64,000 nucleotides of DNA from Felis catus. Taxonomy: Eukaryota. The position numbers were made by a program, and so were the translations under genes. Below are positions 1 to 10,849 of the stretch, one piece after another (positions within the stretch are counted from its first letter, which is position 1; every line of letters begins with the position of its first letter). Location: assembly GCF_018350175.1 (NCBI RefSeq), contig NC_058368.1, positions 182,282,001 to 182,346,000 on the forward strand. The letters are read 5' to 3'. The notes below the pieces were generated by a model, which was not told the origin of the DNA, did not search any database, and was given only the letters and a program-made list of their open reading frames with translations.

Positions 1-1881
1 ATCTCCCAAGGTGAAGAGATAGAGAGCCAAAAATAATCTAGCTACTCTGGCTTTTTCAGGTCCAAGAGAAATACTCTCTTCCCCACTGGATGGCAGAGCT
101 CCCTACCTATGTCTCTACCTACATCAGCTCAGTTACCTTCCTAATGGCTCTAACTACTTCACTTTATTAATAAAACATTAACATCCACTTGAATACCTCA
201 TAACACCCTCTAGATTCTTTTGGATGTCCATAATGCTAATTTACGTGCCTTCAATGCTTGGTTTTGAGAAAATAAAACATTTACTTTACCAAAGTCCATT
301 TAATGCAAAAAAAAGGTTAAAAATAAATATGCTTTTGCCTCAAATAGCCAAAACACATAGGATTCCCAATTGTACCCCTTGTAAAAAAGTGCAATGAAAA
401 TATTAAATATCTCCATTAGCTCTTTTAAGAAACAGAAGTGAAGCAGGATTCAAGCCATTACATTACTGAGAAACCAGTCCTCAAATGCTTATCAAGATGG
501 TATTGCTCAGAGAGCTTCAATTAGATTAAAAAAGAACACAAACAAATATGGGTACTTAATTTATTAATAGCTTGATTGTTACGAGGGTTTTGAAAATGTG
601 GGCTCTGTGGCAGAGAGACAGGCACACACAGTTCTAATTAACACCAATCACAAACGCTAATGGTAGAACCTACTGCTTAAGTAAATGAACATCCTTACCC
701 CTGCTGCTTTGAAGAGCCTGATAGGCATGCACTTTATTGACAAAGTAAGCTAATTTACAGAGTGATTGTCCAAGAGGGAACTGCTGTTTATTTGCAGAGT
801 TTTTCCCATTGAACTCACAGGGCAAACATTGCACTTATATTGTTAATTAAAATATCAACAGATAAAAATGTAAACATTGGGTTTTCTTCAGGGCAGAGTG
901 ACATGTATTCATTCAGAACCAAATCCTGATGTTCTCCTGATCATTGATTTCTGGGGAATGGAGAGTCAGTTCTCTGAAAAGGTTAGGCGCCGAGCTTTAT
1001 TTGTAAGCAAAGAAGAATTCTTAGGGCTAAAACAACAAACACAGGGAGTAGCTGAAAACCTAAGGAGGTCTCTCCACTTTCTCTCTGCCTTCAGTGATAG
1101 CCATCTGTGGTTACCAGATGTGACCATCCTAAACCTGAAGAGTTGGAGGATGAAGTGAAAGCAGGCTGGCCATGGTGTGTTTTTCTCAAGAATCGTAGTA
1201 AAGACAAGGAGAAAAAAAGAGGCTCAGTGTCCACTTAGGTGCAAAAGAAAAATGTGTCTCAAATTTGAAACAAAAAAGCATTTGGTCTTTCCTGAAAATA
1301 TAAAAGTTAATTCTGGAAACCAAGACAGTATTACTGTGAACTTTTGAAGTAAGTGGATAAAGTACTGTTAATTTGACTAGTTTTGGTTGATTTCTCTCTT
1401 AATGCATTTTATCTTCCCTGTCTCCTAAGCCACATGACCAAGAAAGATCTTTACAATCTTGATTCTTTTCTTGAAATGAAGGTGTATCCTTGCTATTCTA
1501 AATCAAGTTTTGGATTAGTTCTGAAAATGCACCTGGTGATACAGAAAGTATCACCTTCAGTGCTTTAAAAGCAAGTACTGTTCCTGAAAAGGACCTCTCT
1601 GGGACTCACTTTCCTTTCTAAACTGCAAATCCAGAGTTGCCTTAGAAGTTGAAGAAGGGAGTAGAGGGAGTAAGAATTCAGGGTATCTCTTTCCTTGCAT
1701 CCACCAGCACTTCAGAGTTTTATCTGCATCTGGTGCTGGCACTCTCTCTGAAAGCTAGTTTGAAGAAAGGACTCCATGGCTGGGGGAAGGTAGTGGCGTG
1801 GTTGGGCAGAGGGGAAGCAGCTTTTGGACTAGAAGACTTCAAATTTCCCATCATCTATAAAATTCATACTCTGTGTTTTTA

Positions 1882-2104
1882 TTTAATTTTTTTTTTTACA
1901 TTTATTCATTTTTGAGCGACAGAGAGAGACAGAGCACAAGCAGGGGAGGGGCAGAGAGAGAGGGAGACACAGAATCTGAAGAAGGCTCCAGGCTCCCAGC
2001 TATCAGCACAGAGCCGGACGCAGGGCCTGAACTCACAAACCACGAGATCATGACCTGAGCCAAAGTTGGATGCACAACCGACTGAGCCACCCAGGCGTAC
2101 CCCC
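1882..2104 (-). mobile_element. Can-SINE (SINEC, felid type)
   Basis: Reverse complement of the tRNA-derived head (...ctgagccacccaggcg), the (GA)n tract and a T-rich tail. Outer TSD ttcatactctgt(g/a)ttttta at 1863-1881 and 2362-2380. Confidence 0.95.
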
Positions 2105-2125
2105 TTTTTTAAATTTTTTTTTTCA

Positions 2126-2350
2126 GGGGCGCCTGGGTGGCGCAGTCGGTTAAGCATCCGACTTCAGCCAGGTCACGATCTCGCCGTCCGTGAGTTCGAA
2201 ACTCGCGTCAGGCTCTGGGCTGATGGCTTGGAGCCTGGAGCCTGTTTCCGATTCTGTGTCTCCCTCTCTCTCTGCCCCTCCCCTGTTCATGCTCTGTCTC
2301 TCTCTGTCCCAAAAATAAATAAATGTTGAAAAAAAAATAAATAAAAAAAA
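2126..2350 (+). mobile_element. Young SINEC_Fc-type Can-SINE with intact Pol III A/B boxes
   Basis: Starts ggggcgcctgggtggcgcagtcgg. A box 2138-2149, B box gttcgaaac 2194-2202, CT tract and A tail. Many CpGs retained. TSD taaa(t)9-10ca at 2110-2125 and 2351-2365. Confidence 0.97.
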
Positions 2351-2931
2351 TAAATTTTTTTTTCATACTCTGTATTTTTAAATGACTATTTTAAATGACA
2401 GAGAATTCTTTCATAGTGGGGTGTGTGTGTGTGTAAGAAAGATACATACATTTATGTGTTGTAAGAGAGAGATTTGGAGAGAGGTTGAGTATTTGAACTG
2501 ATGGATTTCCTTGTTTACATGCATGTTCCTTATCACATGGACGATATGAACAGAAAGTAACATGCCAAGTAACTGGATGGTGCATAGTTCCCATTTCCAC
2601 ATGGTATTTAAGTACTTGACTGAACAAACAAAACAAATAAAATAAGTTATCTAATGCTTTTCAGTAAACTCGGGAAGTGAGCTGATGGGCCATGTATTCT
2701 GGTTTTCTCATTTGTAAAATGCCATCCTCACCAGACAGAATTGTGAAAATGTAATAAAATACTTATAAAATGGCAGCATCTGAGGTATCTTGGTGCTTAT
2801 CTACTTGAAGCTTTTAATCTACTGCCTGAGGGCAATAGAATTATAATTGGAAGCCACAAATGTAAACCACACACTGTAATTTAAAATTTCCTAGTAATTC
2901 CCAGTTAAAAAGTTAAAAAAAGATGGATTTT

Positions 2932-3134
2932 GTTTTAACATTTATTTATTTTTGAGAGACAGAGAGAGAGAGTGAGTGGTAGAGGGTCAGACAGACAGGG
3001 AGACACAGAATCTGAAGCAGTCTCCAGGCTCTGAGATGTCAGCACAGAGCCTGACGCGGGGCTTGAACTCACGGACTGAGAGATCATGACCTGAGCTGAA
3101 GTCGGATGCTTAACCAACGGAGCCAAAGTGCCCC
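2932..3134 (-). mobile_element. Can-SINE (SINEC)
   Basis: Antisense SINE body (acacagaatctgaagcag...atcatgacctgagctgaagtcggatgcttaacc) with T-rich tail. Confidence 0.95.
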
Positions 3135-3221
3135 AAATGGAATTAATTTTAATAATATATTTTAATTAGCCAAATTCAAAAATATTATCATTTCAACACG
3201 TAAGGAATATAAATATTTAGT

Positions 3222-3222
<1 letters not shown>

Positions 3223-3254
<32 letters not shown>
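3223..3254. repeat. (GT)16 microsatellite
   Basis: Direct read. Confidence 0.98.
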
Positions 3255-3256
<2 letters not shown>

Positions 3257-3829
3257 TCCCTATACATACATTTTCAAAATTTGGAGTGTATTTTATAGTT
3301 AAAACATACTGCAATTTGCACTTAGTCAAATTTCACGTGTCCTTGGCCTAGTAGTACTGTAATAGATAGTGCAACTCAGCCTTGATGAGTATTCTGCATA
3401 TAGATAAGGTATATCGAAACTGGATTCATTTCATTTCTTTCTAATAATAACTATAAGGAATGTAGGATCACTGTAGATATTCTAGCAATATCAGGGCTTA
3501 ATCAAGGCCCATACTAATTCCCACACACTTGGAAGTATCTCCACTTGCCCAAGATCATTGGTTGTTCTCCAGCCTTGATGGAACCTGTCTAGGAATCAAG
3601 AACTACAGCTGAAGAAATGGATTTGCCCAGAGATAGAATGGCTCTGGGCAAAGTGTCAGTTCACAAGGAATGGCCTCAGAAAGGTCTACTTAAAACTCAA
3701 ACCTCTTCATGACAAGAAATCTTGTAGTTTACTTATTGCAGTTTTTAAGTTTTTCTTGTTTGCTTTCTAGGAAATCTAAAGTAAAATTAAAATTATGTCC
3801 CTTTTCTCTGTGAGTTCTCATGACTGTCT

Positions 3830-3990
3830 ACATACCCTCCTATGATAGCATTTATAATGACATAATTATTTAATTTGTATACCTAATTTCCCTGTGAATA
3901 TGATGAGGACAAGAGGCTATGTTATATTTATCTTTTTATCTATAGTTTCAAGCACAATGCCTGACAATATTAGGTGCTTAATAAATGTCA
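3830..3990 (+). mobile_element. L2 3' end relic
   Basis: ...agcacaatgcctgacaatattaggtgcttaataaatgt is a typical L2 terminus. Confidence 0.6.
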
Positions 3991-4089
3991 AAAAAAATGG
4001 CCACTTAAAATTGGTATCTTTAAATGTCAAGGTGAAAAATTGATACCAAGCATTGTTTCTATAACTTTTTTTATTAAAAATGTAACACA

Positions 4090-4289
4090 GGGGCTCCTGG
4101 GTAGCTCAGTCAGTTAAGCAGCCAACTTCTGCTCAGGTCATGATCTCACGTTTCATGAGTTCAAGCCCCACGTTGGGCTCTGTGCTGACAGCTCAGAGCC
4201 TGGAGCCTGCTTTGGATTCTGTGTCTCCCTCTCTCTCTGCTCTGCTCTCTCTCTGTCTCTCAAAAATAAATAAAGATTTAAAAAAAGAT
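4090..4289 (+). mobile_element. Can-SINE (SINEC)
   Basis: ggggctcctgggtagctcagtcagttaag head, CT tract and A tail, flanked by ttaaaaa(a)tgtaaca. Confidence 0.95.
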
Positions 4290-4310
4290 TTAAAAAATGT
4301 AACATGTATT

Positions 4311-4411
4311 GGGGTGTATTCAGATTCTGTGTCTCCCTCTCTCTGCCCCTTGCCTGCTCATGCTCTGTCTCTCTTGCTCTCGAAAATAAATTTAAAAATA
4401 CATTTAAAAAA
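4311..4411 (+). mobile_element. Internally deleted or 5'-truncated Can-SINE
   Basis: ggggtg joined to ttcagattctgtgtctccctctctctgcccc..., then an A-rich tail and a third copy of ttaaaaatgtaac. Confidence 0.85.
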
Positions 4412-4649
4412 TTAAAAATGTAACGTGTTTTTGAAGATAGATTATTAAAAAAAAATTTGTAACCCTAATACTGCTGCTATGATATTTTATCATATGAGGT
4501 GTTTTTTTCCCCGATACAGGCCACAAAGATTGGCCATTTTTCACTCCAAAATTTCAGATTTGATCAATGTAAGTTTCTTTAGCTTATTTCTTTAAATATA
4601 TTAAAAATCTTTCCCATGTCATTACGTATTAACCTACCATAGACATTTA

Positions 4650-5990
4650 AGAATGAACTTACGTATGAAAAAATTTAAACATACAAAAAAGGAGAGGAAG
4701 TAATATTATGAGCCCGACTGTAACCCAGACCCAAGTTCAGCAATATAAATGTTTTGCCATTCTTGGTTCAAGGAGTTCCCCATATTTATATATTTTTATG
4801 ACATTACTATGGACTGAATATATCTCCCTCCTCCAATTTATATATCTGAAGTCCTAACCCCCCAGGGTGAAGGTATTAGGAGGTTACATGATGTCATGAG
4901 GTTAGAGCCCTCAGAATTAATGCCCTGATAACAAGAGGAAGCCACACTGGAGCCTGTCTCTCCTCAGCATGAGGACTCAGGGAGAAGGCAGCCATATGCA
5001 AGCCAGGAGGAAGCGAGCTCTCACCAGAATTTGACCATGCTGGCTCCCTGATCTTAGATATGTATCCTCCAGTTAATGTGGAAATAAACAATATTAGAAT
5101 TAAATTTTTGTTCCTGTCGATATTTGTTTCTTCCTCTGATCAGTTCTTAAAAGTAGAACTGTTAGATCAAAGGTCTTATAAAATTGTGCTTTTCCTCTCT
5201 ATTGCCAATAGTCCTCCAAAATTATTTTGACTATCTATGACCTATTTATAATTTAATATTTTTGCCAAGCTGAGAAAAATGCATTTCATCATTACCTTAA
5301 TTTACATTTCATTACTTGCATTTTTTATGTTTAATAAGTATATTTTTTCTTTGAGAATTCCATATCAGTATCTATTGACCATTTCTTTACTGACATATTT
5401 GTCCTTTCCTTACTGATTTATGACATTTATATGCCAAATATATTAACATTTTATAATATAAATTGCAAATATTTTTATCCATTTTTGATTTGTCACTAAT
5501 TTTGTCCTCTGATAACTGAATTATTATATGGTTATATGTATTAAAATGTTCCTTTATGGTTTCTGTCTGATTTCATGAAAGCAAATTTTCTCCATTCAAA
5601 TATATTATATGTATTTATATTTTACTACTTTTTCTCAAATATTCTTACCTTTTTTCTTTTATATGTATATCTCTATTTCACTTGGAAATTATTTTTGTGT
5701 GACAAATTAGAGATATAATGTTATTATTTGCTAATTGTCCCAATGCCATTTGCCAAGGCATTCATTATTTATCCTTACCACATATTAAATATTAATATGT
5801 TGGGACAGACTGTTAGATACTGTGTTTGTATCACTGATCTTTCTCAGATGTTCTTTTGCCAGTACTATGTCATATTATTATCACTGTTATTATCATTGTG
5901 GTGATGATTGTGATTTTATGTTATAATATCTGGCTAGGCATTTTCTCATCCATTAGGCCTTTTAAGATTTTCTTGTGCTATCTTCTTGTA
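4650..5990 (-). mobile_element. Old L1 (L1M/L1ME-like) fragments, interrupted by an MLT1A-like LTR
   Basis: T-rich antisense ORF2/3'UTR-like motifs (ttaatttacatttc, gtcctttccttactgattt, ttttgccagtacta). Confidence 0.55.
4806..5090 (+). mobile_element. MaLR solo LTR (MLT1A-like)
   Basis: tactatggactgaat...gaagtcctaacccc...ggtattaggagg...gagaaggcagccatatgcaagccagga...ctgatcttaga...aataaa. Confidence 0.8.
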
Positions 5991-6023
5991 TTTAGAGTTC
6001 AGATAACTTTTAGTGTTATTTTC

Positions 6024-6265
6024 TTTTTTTTAATTTTTTTTATTTTAAAAAATGTTTTTAACATTTAGTCATTTTTGAAAGGCAGAGAGAGACAGAAAAT
6101 GAATGGGGGAGGGGCAGAGAGAGAGGGAAACACAGAAACAGAGGCAAGCTCCAGGCTCTGAGGTGTCAGCACACAGCCCGACGCAGGGCTTGAACTCACG
6201 GACCGCAAGATCATGACCTAAGCCGAAGTTGGCTGCCCAACCAACTGAGCCACCCAGGCACCCTG
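6024..6265 (-). mobile_element. Can-SINE (SINEC)
   Basis: Antisense SINE. TSD acttttagt(g/a)ttattttc at 6006-6023 and 6266-6283. Confidence 0.95.
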
Positions 6266-6949
6266 ACTTTTAGTATTATTTTCAATAATATCATCTCAGT
6301 TCTTTTCTTAAAGTTTTGCATTACTTGGAGGAATATCTTGTCTCCTTCGTCTCTCTACCTCGTCTCTATATGATATATTCAAGTTCAGGTGGCCCATTTT
6401 TCTGAAGAAGGTAAAACTATTTCTAGTCATTCCCTGCTATTCATTCTTCTGTCCCTCTCTGTCATCCCAGATGCTTCATGGTTTTGCCTACCCGAGATAT
6501 CACCTCTCAGAAGTCATACCTAACAACATGTTGACTTCTTAGTATGTTAATATACTAATCAGATAATTAAGGGATTAGATATCATCTCAATAACTTACTT
6601 GCATTTATGAAATGGGCTCCTTTTAGAGGCATAATAATTTAACGCAGTTTGCTTTAAATTTCAGTTATTTATATATTTTTGCCATATTTTTTGCCACTTC
6701 TATTAATTGCCTAATAGATTTTTAATTAACTCACTTTTAAAAAATGTAAATGCCTAATTTAGCTTTGTCCTAAGGAATATGCATCATAAAAAGGGTTTGG
6801 TTTATTAATACATTTAAATATATATACATTAAAACAGATACCTAACTGTTGAAACTAAAAGTGTCCTTCTAGTATAGAAAGCCATCTCTTATTTCATATG
6901 ACAAGCATGGGTCAATGTAGGAATATTGTCTTAATTCATAGATTCATAC

Positions 6950-7123
6950 CAGCGATCCCAAAACTTATCTGCACTTTTAATTACTTGGCAATCTTTAAAA
7001 ATCCCCATCCTCCAAACTACTCACAAGACCAATAAAATCAAGTATATGAGAGTAGGACACAGGCATCCATATTTTTGAAACTCCCAAGTTGATTTCAATG
7101 TGTAGCCAATGTTGGAAAGCACT
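6950..7123. mobile_element. MER5-family hAT-Charlie MITE (MER5B-like)
   Basis: cagcgatcccaaaactt...ctcccaagttgatttcaatgtgtagccaatgttggaaagcact. Confidence 0.65.
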
Positions 7124-7336
7124 ATTTTATACTGTTTAAACCATATTCCTCTGTGCCTGTCTATTGTGACTGTGTTGGGAATCTTCTCATACAAAGTGTT
7201 TAGTGCAGAAGAAAAAAAGGACAGCGGTCAAAGCATTCAAGATGTCTGGCTTTCTGACCTTAAGTTAGTTTCTCTGATCCTTAGTTTCTTCACACATACA
7301 AAAAAAAAAAATCATAATAACATGCTTTGCCTTCAA

Positions 7337-7530
7337 GTAGCATTTCTTGAAACTTCTTTGAGCTCTACATATATCAGATTGACCTGAAGACGTTTATTAA
7401 GATACAGAGTACACATTGTCCCTCTTTCCCCTCTTCATCTACTGACACTAATCTCTGGGGGAGGGGGTCAGGGATCTGCATATAAATGCCTACACATGCC
7501 CCAAGTGATATTTATCCACAGTAAATTTTG
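7337..7530. mobile_element. MER5-like hAT MITE relic
   Basis: atcagattgacctgaag...aatctctggggg...gggatctgcat...ccccaagtgat. Confidence 0.4.
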
Positions 7531-8089
7531 TTATTGTGAGTCTTAAGGAGTTGAAGTATATGAAGTACGTGAAAGAATATCAGAATATCACAAGCTGACA
7601 TATACCCCATTGAAATGGAGTGTGATTAAAAAGTCTGAAATAAAATGCTATATTGCTTATATCTTTTCTTGCCTCCATCCATTTTCCCATACCTTCTCTG
7701 ATGTTGATATTTTATTTTGTATTGAAATGCACAATCTCTTACTTGGGCGAAGAAGGGCTAGAGGGAATATTGCTTAATTTGCTGGCTGGCAGTACTTATC
7801 CTTCTTGGTGGTTAAACACAAATAAACCTCTCGCTGGGAAGTCTTTTCAGAAACGGGTTCTTATTCCTACCCCCCTACCATTTTGCAAGTGAATGGAGAG
7901 TGGATCTATTGTAAAGATAAAGCTCTCTTCTAATTAGGGCATCAGAAATATGAATTAGAAGTCTGCCTGTTTTACAAGGAAACCAAGGTCTGAATGAGAA
8001 GCCCTTGCTAGATTTCACACACTTAGGTGCAAATCCAAAAGAATTTGCTTTTGTCCTAAACTTTATTAATCATTTTGTCACTGATGAAA

Positions 8090-8960
8090 CTATGCTAGCG
8101 ATTAATCACACACATAATCTACAACAGCTCTTCTGTTGGACTCCTAGTCCTGGTATAAATGATCATGTCAAGGATTAATCCATTTTATTTGCCTTAATCC
8201 TCCATTTTCATTCTCTTTCTCTTTCCCCCCAACTGCACCCTGTTTACTCAGCTTTTGTGCAGAAGGGTTCCAATTGTCTGTTTGACAATTGGAATCTGAA
8301 TGATTAATAACAGTCACAGAAACTTGACCAAGGGTTCAACAAACCATGAATAAATACATTGAGCCCAAGGTCAGCACTGGTTACATTTGTGCCCCATCCT
8401 CAAAAAGAAAAAGGGGTGGAGTGGGGGGTAAGGGAGAAAAGCAGTTTCTTTGGGCATATAAGGCCTTCTCACTGGGGATAATCTGGATAGAGCACGTCTG
8501 GCTATTTCCTCCCAAATAGATGCCTTCTGTTATTAGAGTTGCTGTGTAGGCCCCCAGCCTGGTGGAACGGCCCACTTCAGCAATTTCAAATCACAGTTAA
8601 ATGCTGATGCCTCCAGGGCTTTGACTACTGCAAACAAAGTGAGCTGGCAAGTTGCAGAAGCTTCCCTAAAGTGTGATATAGGATCGTAAATTTCCCGCAT
8701 GATGGCTATTAAGCGGCATAAGTTGTAGTCAGAACATCTTCGAATCAACACTCCTCCGGGCCTTCCCGTCAGGGCTGAGAAGGCAACCAGCCCAAATTGA
8801 CGAGTAGCAGCGTTCGGTATTGATTAATTAGGGGCCAGCCTATGCTGGTTTTGAAATTTCCATGCATTTCTGATGGAGGATTGTGTCTAACGCGAACGAT
8901 GAACTCTTACATTTCGGGAGGAATATTTTAAACAGAGGGACCGGTGCAAAGCCACATGCT
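8090..8960. promoter_or_regulatory. Candidate conserved enhancer or ancient exapted element
   Basis: 15 CpGs counted in 8568-8943 against a CpG-poor background. TAATCC/GATTAATC motifs, TCGTAAA, TTTCCCGC and TGATTAATTA present. Function is inferred. Confidence 0.5.
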
Positions 8961-10135
8961 AGCAAATGCTCAATAAATATCAATTAATGATGAGGGCCTC
9001 AGAGGGCAGCTCCGGTAAGTGGAAAAATGAAACTTGGCCACTGTATTGGAAAATCAGATACCAATGAGCATAAAATAAACATGTGGCACAATTTAAAAAA
9101 AAAAGAGAGTCATTATGTGAAGTGTAGTATGATTTTGCTCCATTAGGAAATCCGTTTTGGCCCAACACAAGTGAATAAAATAAAATACTGGCTCTTTCAA
9201 CTAACATATTTGTTAAGACTTGGCTTTGTGGCAAATACCAGGAGCCCGTAGTAAAGAAGATGTACGTGTTGTCTGCCCTAAACGAACCCATATGTGACAA
9301 GACAGACACTCAAACGGCAATAATCAACTCCTCCAGCTCGTTAAAAAGAGATCATAAGCATCAGATCTACATTCACTGAGGAAAGAAGGTCAGAGAAGAA
9401 GTGGAGAAAGTGAAAAGAAGTGGCAAGTAAGTCTTCTGAGGCTGCCCTTTTTTGCTTGTCAGTGAGTATAAAAAAAAAAGGCATCTTATACATCCTAGAA
9501 AGTAAGCATTTGCTGATCATGTGATAGACACAGTGGTATTTTGAGCTTAATAGTTGAGAAGTTGACAAAATGAAATAAAACAGTATATTTTGTGATCAAA
9601 ATAGGCTCAGGCAGAATTTTAATAAGATAAAAATTAAAGATAAAATGAATAAAGTATTCAAGGCAAAAACTACCTTTACTTTAAATTCATTAAATTACAA
9701 ACACATTTCTGAGACATTAATAATGACGACATGGTATTTTCTTATTTTGTTAGTTAGGATTTTCAACATCTACATTCAAGTTCATGGAAATACTTTCAGT
9801 GATAATTGCTAAACATGCCAAGTGCATTTATAAAAGCCAGCATATATGTTGATAGTAGCAAATGTCTATATTTGGTATGTTTTATATAAACATAGATTTT
9901 CAGTAATTATCACAGTTGCTGTTCATTTCACTGGGGGGAGACAGCACAAATGCAAGACCGATCATCTCACTTATAAGACAGAAAGTATGCTTTTTGGATC
10001 ACAATCCAAGCTTTCCACATAAATTCGCAGTCACTTCTATTTCTTTAAACAAAAAATATATTAAAACACACACATGTATGCAAAGACCTATAAGTAGAGA
10101 TACCGTAAAATAGTTTATCTCAGGAAGAGATACCA

Positions 10136-10153
10136 TATATATGTATGTATGTA

Positions 10154-10197
<44 letters not shown>

Positions 10198-10207
10198 TAT
10201 ATATATA
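10136..10207. repeat. Compound (TATG)/(TG)/(TA)n microsatellite
   Basis: Direct read. Confidence 0.97.
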
Positions 10208-10334
10208 ATTTAAAAGACTATTTAATTGAGTCAAATTACACAAATGCATTACTCAGGGATGAGGAGAGTGGGGAGAGTTCACTGTTTAGACACAGCATTG
10301 ATCAATATCGTCACTTTAATTCTACCCTCTAGGG

Positions 10335-10374
10335 AAACAAAACAAAACAAAACAAAACAAAACAAAACAAAACA
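10335..10374. repeat. (AAAAC)n microsatellite
   Basis: Direct read. Confidence 0.97.
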
Positions 10375-10798
10375 CTGGATGGAAGGTAAGGACTTAAATC
10401 ACTTTGGATCTGTATCCTGTAGTCAATAATTAAAAAATAATAATAAGGCTGCCAATTCCATAACAAATATAATGACACTGATAAGAGCAACAGCAATGAT
10501 AGTGACTTTCATTAAACATAATTTTATGAGATGCTAACACATGATGTTCAAGTTAAACAGTTAACTCTATGAGATCCTGGGACCAGAATGGAAGCACATG
10601 CTCTAAAATGAGATACTTTTCTCAGTATGGCTCCCACAGATTATATCTATGTTCCCTATTTTATCTTCTTGGACTTTATCTTCATTTCCGTTTCTACTTC
10701 TTTCCAATAAATATCCCTTGCAAAATTGTGAAGGGCTCCCTGAATGACTATTTCCAATGACCCCTTACAGAATCCTTCTAAGAGTGGGGCAAGAAAAA

Positions 10799-10803
<5 letters not shown>

Positions 10804-10846
<43 letters not shown>
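10804..10846. repeat. (TA)n microsatellite
   Basis: Direct read. Confidence 0.98.

Positions 10847-10849
<3 letters not shown>

Larger units (their letters stand above)
2833..3373 (+). mobile_element. MER33-like hAT-Charlie MITE, split by a SINE and a (GT)n
   Basis: caatagaattata...gtaatttaaaatttcctagta, aattaattttaataatatatttt, aatattatcatttcaacacgt and the terminal ...gtaatagatagtgca match the recalled MER33 consensus. Confidence 0.75.

Noticed and set aside
2126..2210. tRNA gene (A/B boxes)
   Set aside because: It is a tRNA-derived SINE head followed by a SINE body and tail, not a cloverleaf tRNA.
1873..2329. Overlapping ORFs (e.g. MAQSVVHPTLAQVMIS...)
   Set aside because: They are translations of Can-SINE sequence; the same peptides recur at 2935, 4140, 12940 and 22513.
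8540..8960. Assignment to MER121 or AmnSINE1
   Set aside because: It does not match the cores of these families as I recall them; left unassigned pending a Dfam search.
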